Origin: Phoronis australis
Lineage: Eukaryota > Animalia > Phoronida
Direction of reading: 5' to 3'
DNA: 32,696 nt
Assembly: GCA_002633005.1 (NCBI GenBank)
Contig: NMRA01001266.1
Span: 1-32,696 of the forward strand
Positions within the stretch are counted from its first letter, which is position 1, and every line of letters begins with the position of its first letter. The notes below the pieces were generated by a model. That model was not told the origin of the DNA. It saw only the letters and a list, made by a program, of their open reading frames with translations, and made no database searches. Made by a program: the position numbers and the translations under genes. Positions 31,318 through 32,696 of this stretch are shown piece by piece.

Positions 31318-32217
31318 TAGGCAATGACCATCGCCTCTGTTGGCCTGAACCAGAGGCGATGTAGAGGCTATAGGCACTCTGTACGCCAGAAGCTTTTCGG
31401 CGAATTATGCCTCGCACCGACTAAACCATCAAAGCCACGCTGTTATAACTACCTTTTGCGCATAGACGAACACCTTAGGAGGTTGTCGATGTGTTTAAGT
31501 TCTTCCAACTCGAACAAATACTCCCGTTATGAAACTTTTTCTTTGAGCAGTCCCTATTTCAGTTCCCAAAATCGTGAAATCAACTTTTTCATTTTTTTAA
31601 CCAGGCCGAAGGTCAGAAGTTGCGGACCTACCGGCGAACTTTGAAAGCTGAAGTTCCCGCCCTTCGCGTACGTGCTGCCGGGAACCAGCCGTGCATTTGC
31701 CGTGTTGTTAAACATTAAAATGTCAAATATGTGCACATGGACTATTAAATGTCATATCAACAGCATTTATTTTTATCAAATACAAACAATGATTCATTGA
31801 AATACAATCAGTTTCAAGTAACGCCAATTAAAGACAAGTATAAGTGGTGGCATTTTGGAAACGAACATTCGACTGACAAGACCGCAATGGCTCACCTTTG
31901 GCCTATTTAAAGATTGAGGTCATGAATTGGAGCGTGCGCAGTATAAAAATGGTGAGTTCACAATTTTGGGAACTGAAATAGAGACTACTGGAAGAAAAAG
32001 TTTCATAACGGGAGTATTTGTTCGAGTTGGAAGGAATTAATCACATCGACAACATCCTAAGGTGTTCGTCTATGCGCAAAAGGTAGTTATAACAACGTGG
32101 CTTTGATGGTTTAGTCGGTGCGAGGCTTAATTCGCCGAAAAGCTTCCGGCGTACAGAGCGCCTATAGCCTCTACATCGCCTCTGGTTCGGGCCAACAGAG
32201 GCGATGGTCATTGCCTA
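31318..32217. mobile_element. Young 900-bp foldback element (Academ-like), about 270-bp near-identical TIRs, 10-bp TSD
   Basis: TAGGCAATGACCATCGCC termini; cgtgttactg at 31308-31317 and 32218-32227; each arm holds an 11-bp hairpin catcgcctctg/cagaggcgatg. Confidence 0.92.
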
Positions 32218-32375
32218 CGTGTTACTGTTGGCGTTGCTCACGCCGAAATAAGGCTAAGCTACCGCCAGAGAAAGCAGTGGTCAAACAAGTTCACCGGTGA
32301 AATTTTTGGCATTTATTGTTTGTTGGAGATAACAAATAATCATCAAAGGATATAAAACAATCATAATTTTGATAC

Positions 32376-32378
32376 CAT
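32376..32378 (-). CDS. DPM2: Candidate ATG-only first coding exon end of DPM2
   Basis: gagaaaATG|gtatca on the minus strand is the best ATG|GT junction seen upstream; the true exon may lie outside the window. Confidence 0.3.
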
Positions 32379-32696
32379 TTTCTCCTTTTAATTGTGAAGA
32401 AAACTATGAAATCTTGTCTTCAGCTGGCAGACGAATGACCTTCACCTTGAATCGGGTAAAAAGTGCACAGCGAACATTTACAAACTATTTTAAAAAAGCT
32501 AAAAAATTCTTTTTGTCAAAAAATGCCCATTTATTTTTTCAGTGCTATTTAGTTTGCATCCCTGTTGCAGAATAACTCTATTGAGATCGAAAATGGAACT
32601 GATCGAAATAATCCAATTGCCCATTCACTTCCTTTCAAAACACGGTAGGTTTTCGTCTTGGTGTGCGCGTTTTCGGTTTCACTTTGCACACTCTCT

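Noticed and set aside
31132-31330. ATG|GTCATT junctions as DPM2 exon 1
   Set aside because: They come from transposon TIR sequence and the donor is weak

Overview
Intron-rich, AT-rich animal genomic DNA, probably from a marine invertebrate (inferred from the repeat families; species not determined). It is not prokaryotic, so the unspliced ORF track is mostly uninformative. Three housekeeping genes were reconstructed exon by exon, with GT-AG introns and consistent phases. (1) MVB12 (ESCRT-I subunit, MABP + UMA domains) is on the minus strand: 9 exons over 231-9007, with the last exon beyond the window start. (2) DSN1/Mis13 (MIS12 kinetochore complex) is on the plus strand, head-to-head with MVB12: 10 exons over 12775-27082, about 293 aa. 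(3) DPM2 is on the minus strand, tail-to-tail with DSN1: 3 exons over 28629-29950, plus an ATG-only first exon not firmly located. The introns hold minisatellites and many non-autonomous mobile elements: hAT-like elements with 5- and 6-bp TSDs, TTAA Kolobok-like MITEs, TAG...CTA foldback (Academ-like) elements, a tRNA-SINE and a Helentron-type HINE. The most notable observations are: a HINE carrying a higher-order repeat with 11 co-oriented CTCF-consensus motifs about 150 bp apart; an ETS/YY1 promoter-like site with an in-phase ATG exon in DSN1 intron 8 that could yield a C-terminal-only DSN1; a candidate 15-nt start-codon microexon for MVB12; and chains of TAG...CTA elements showing both 3-bp and 10-bp TSDs.
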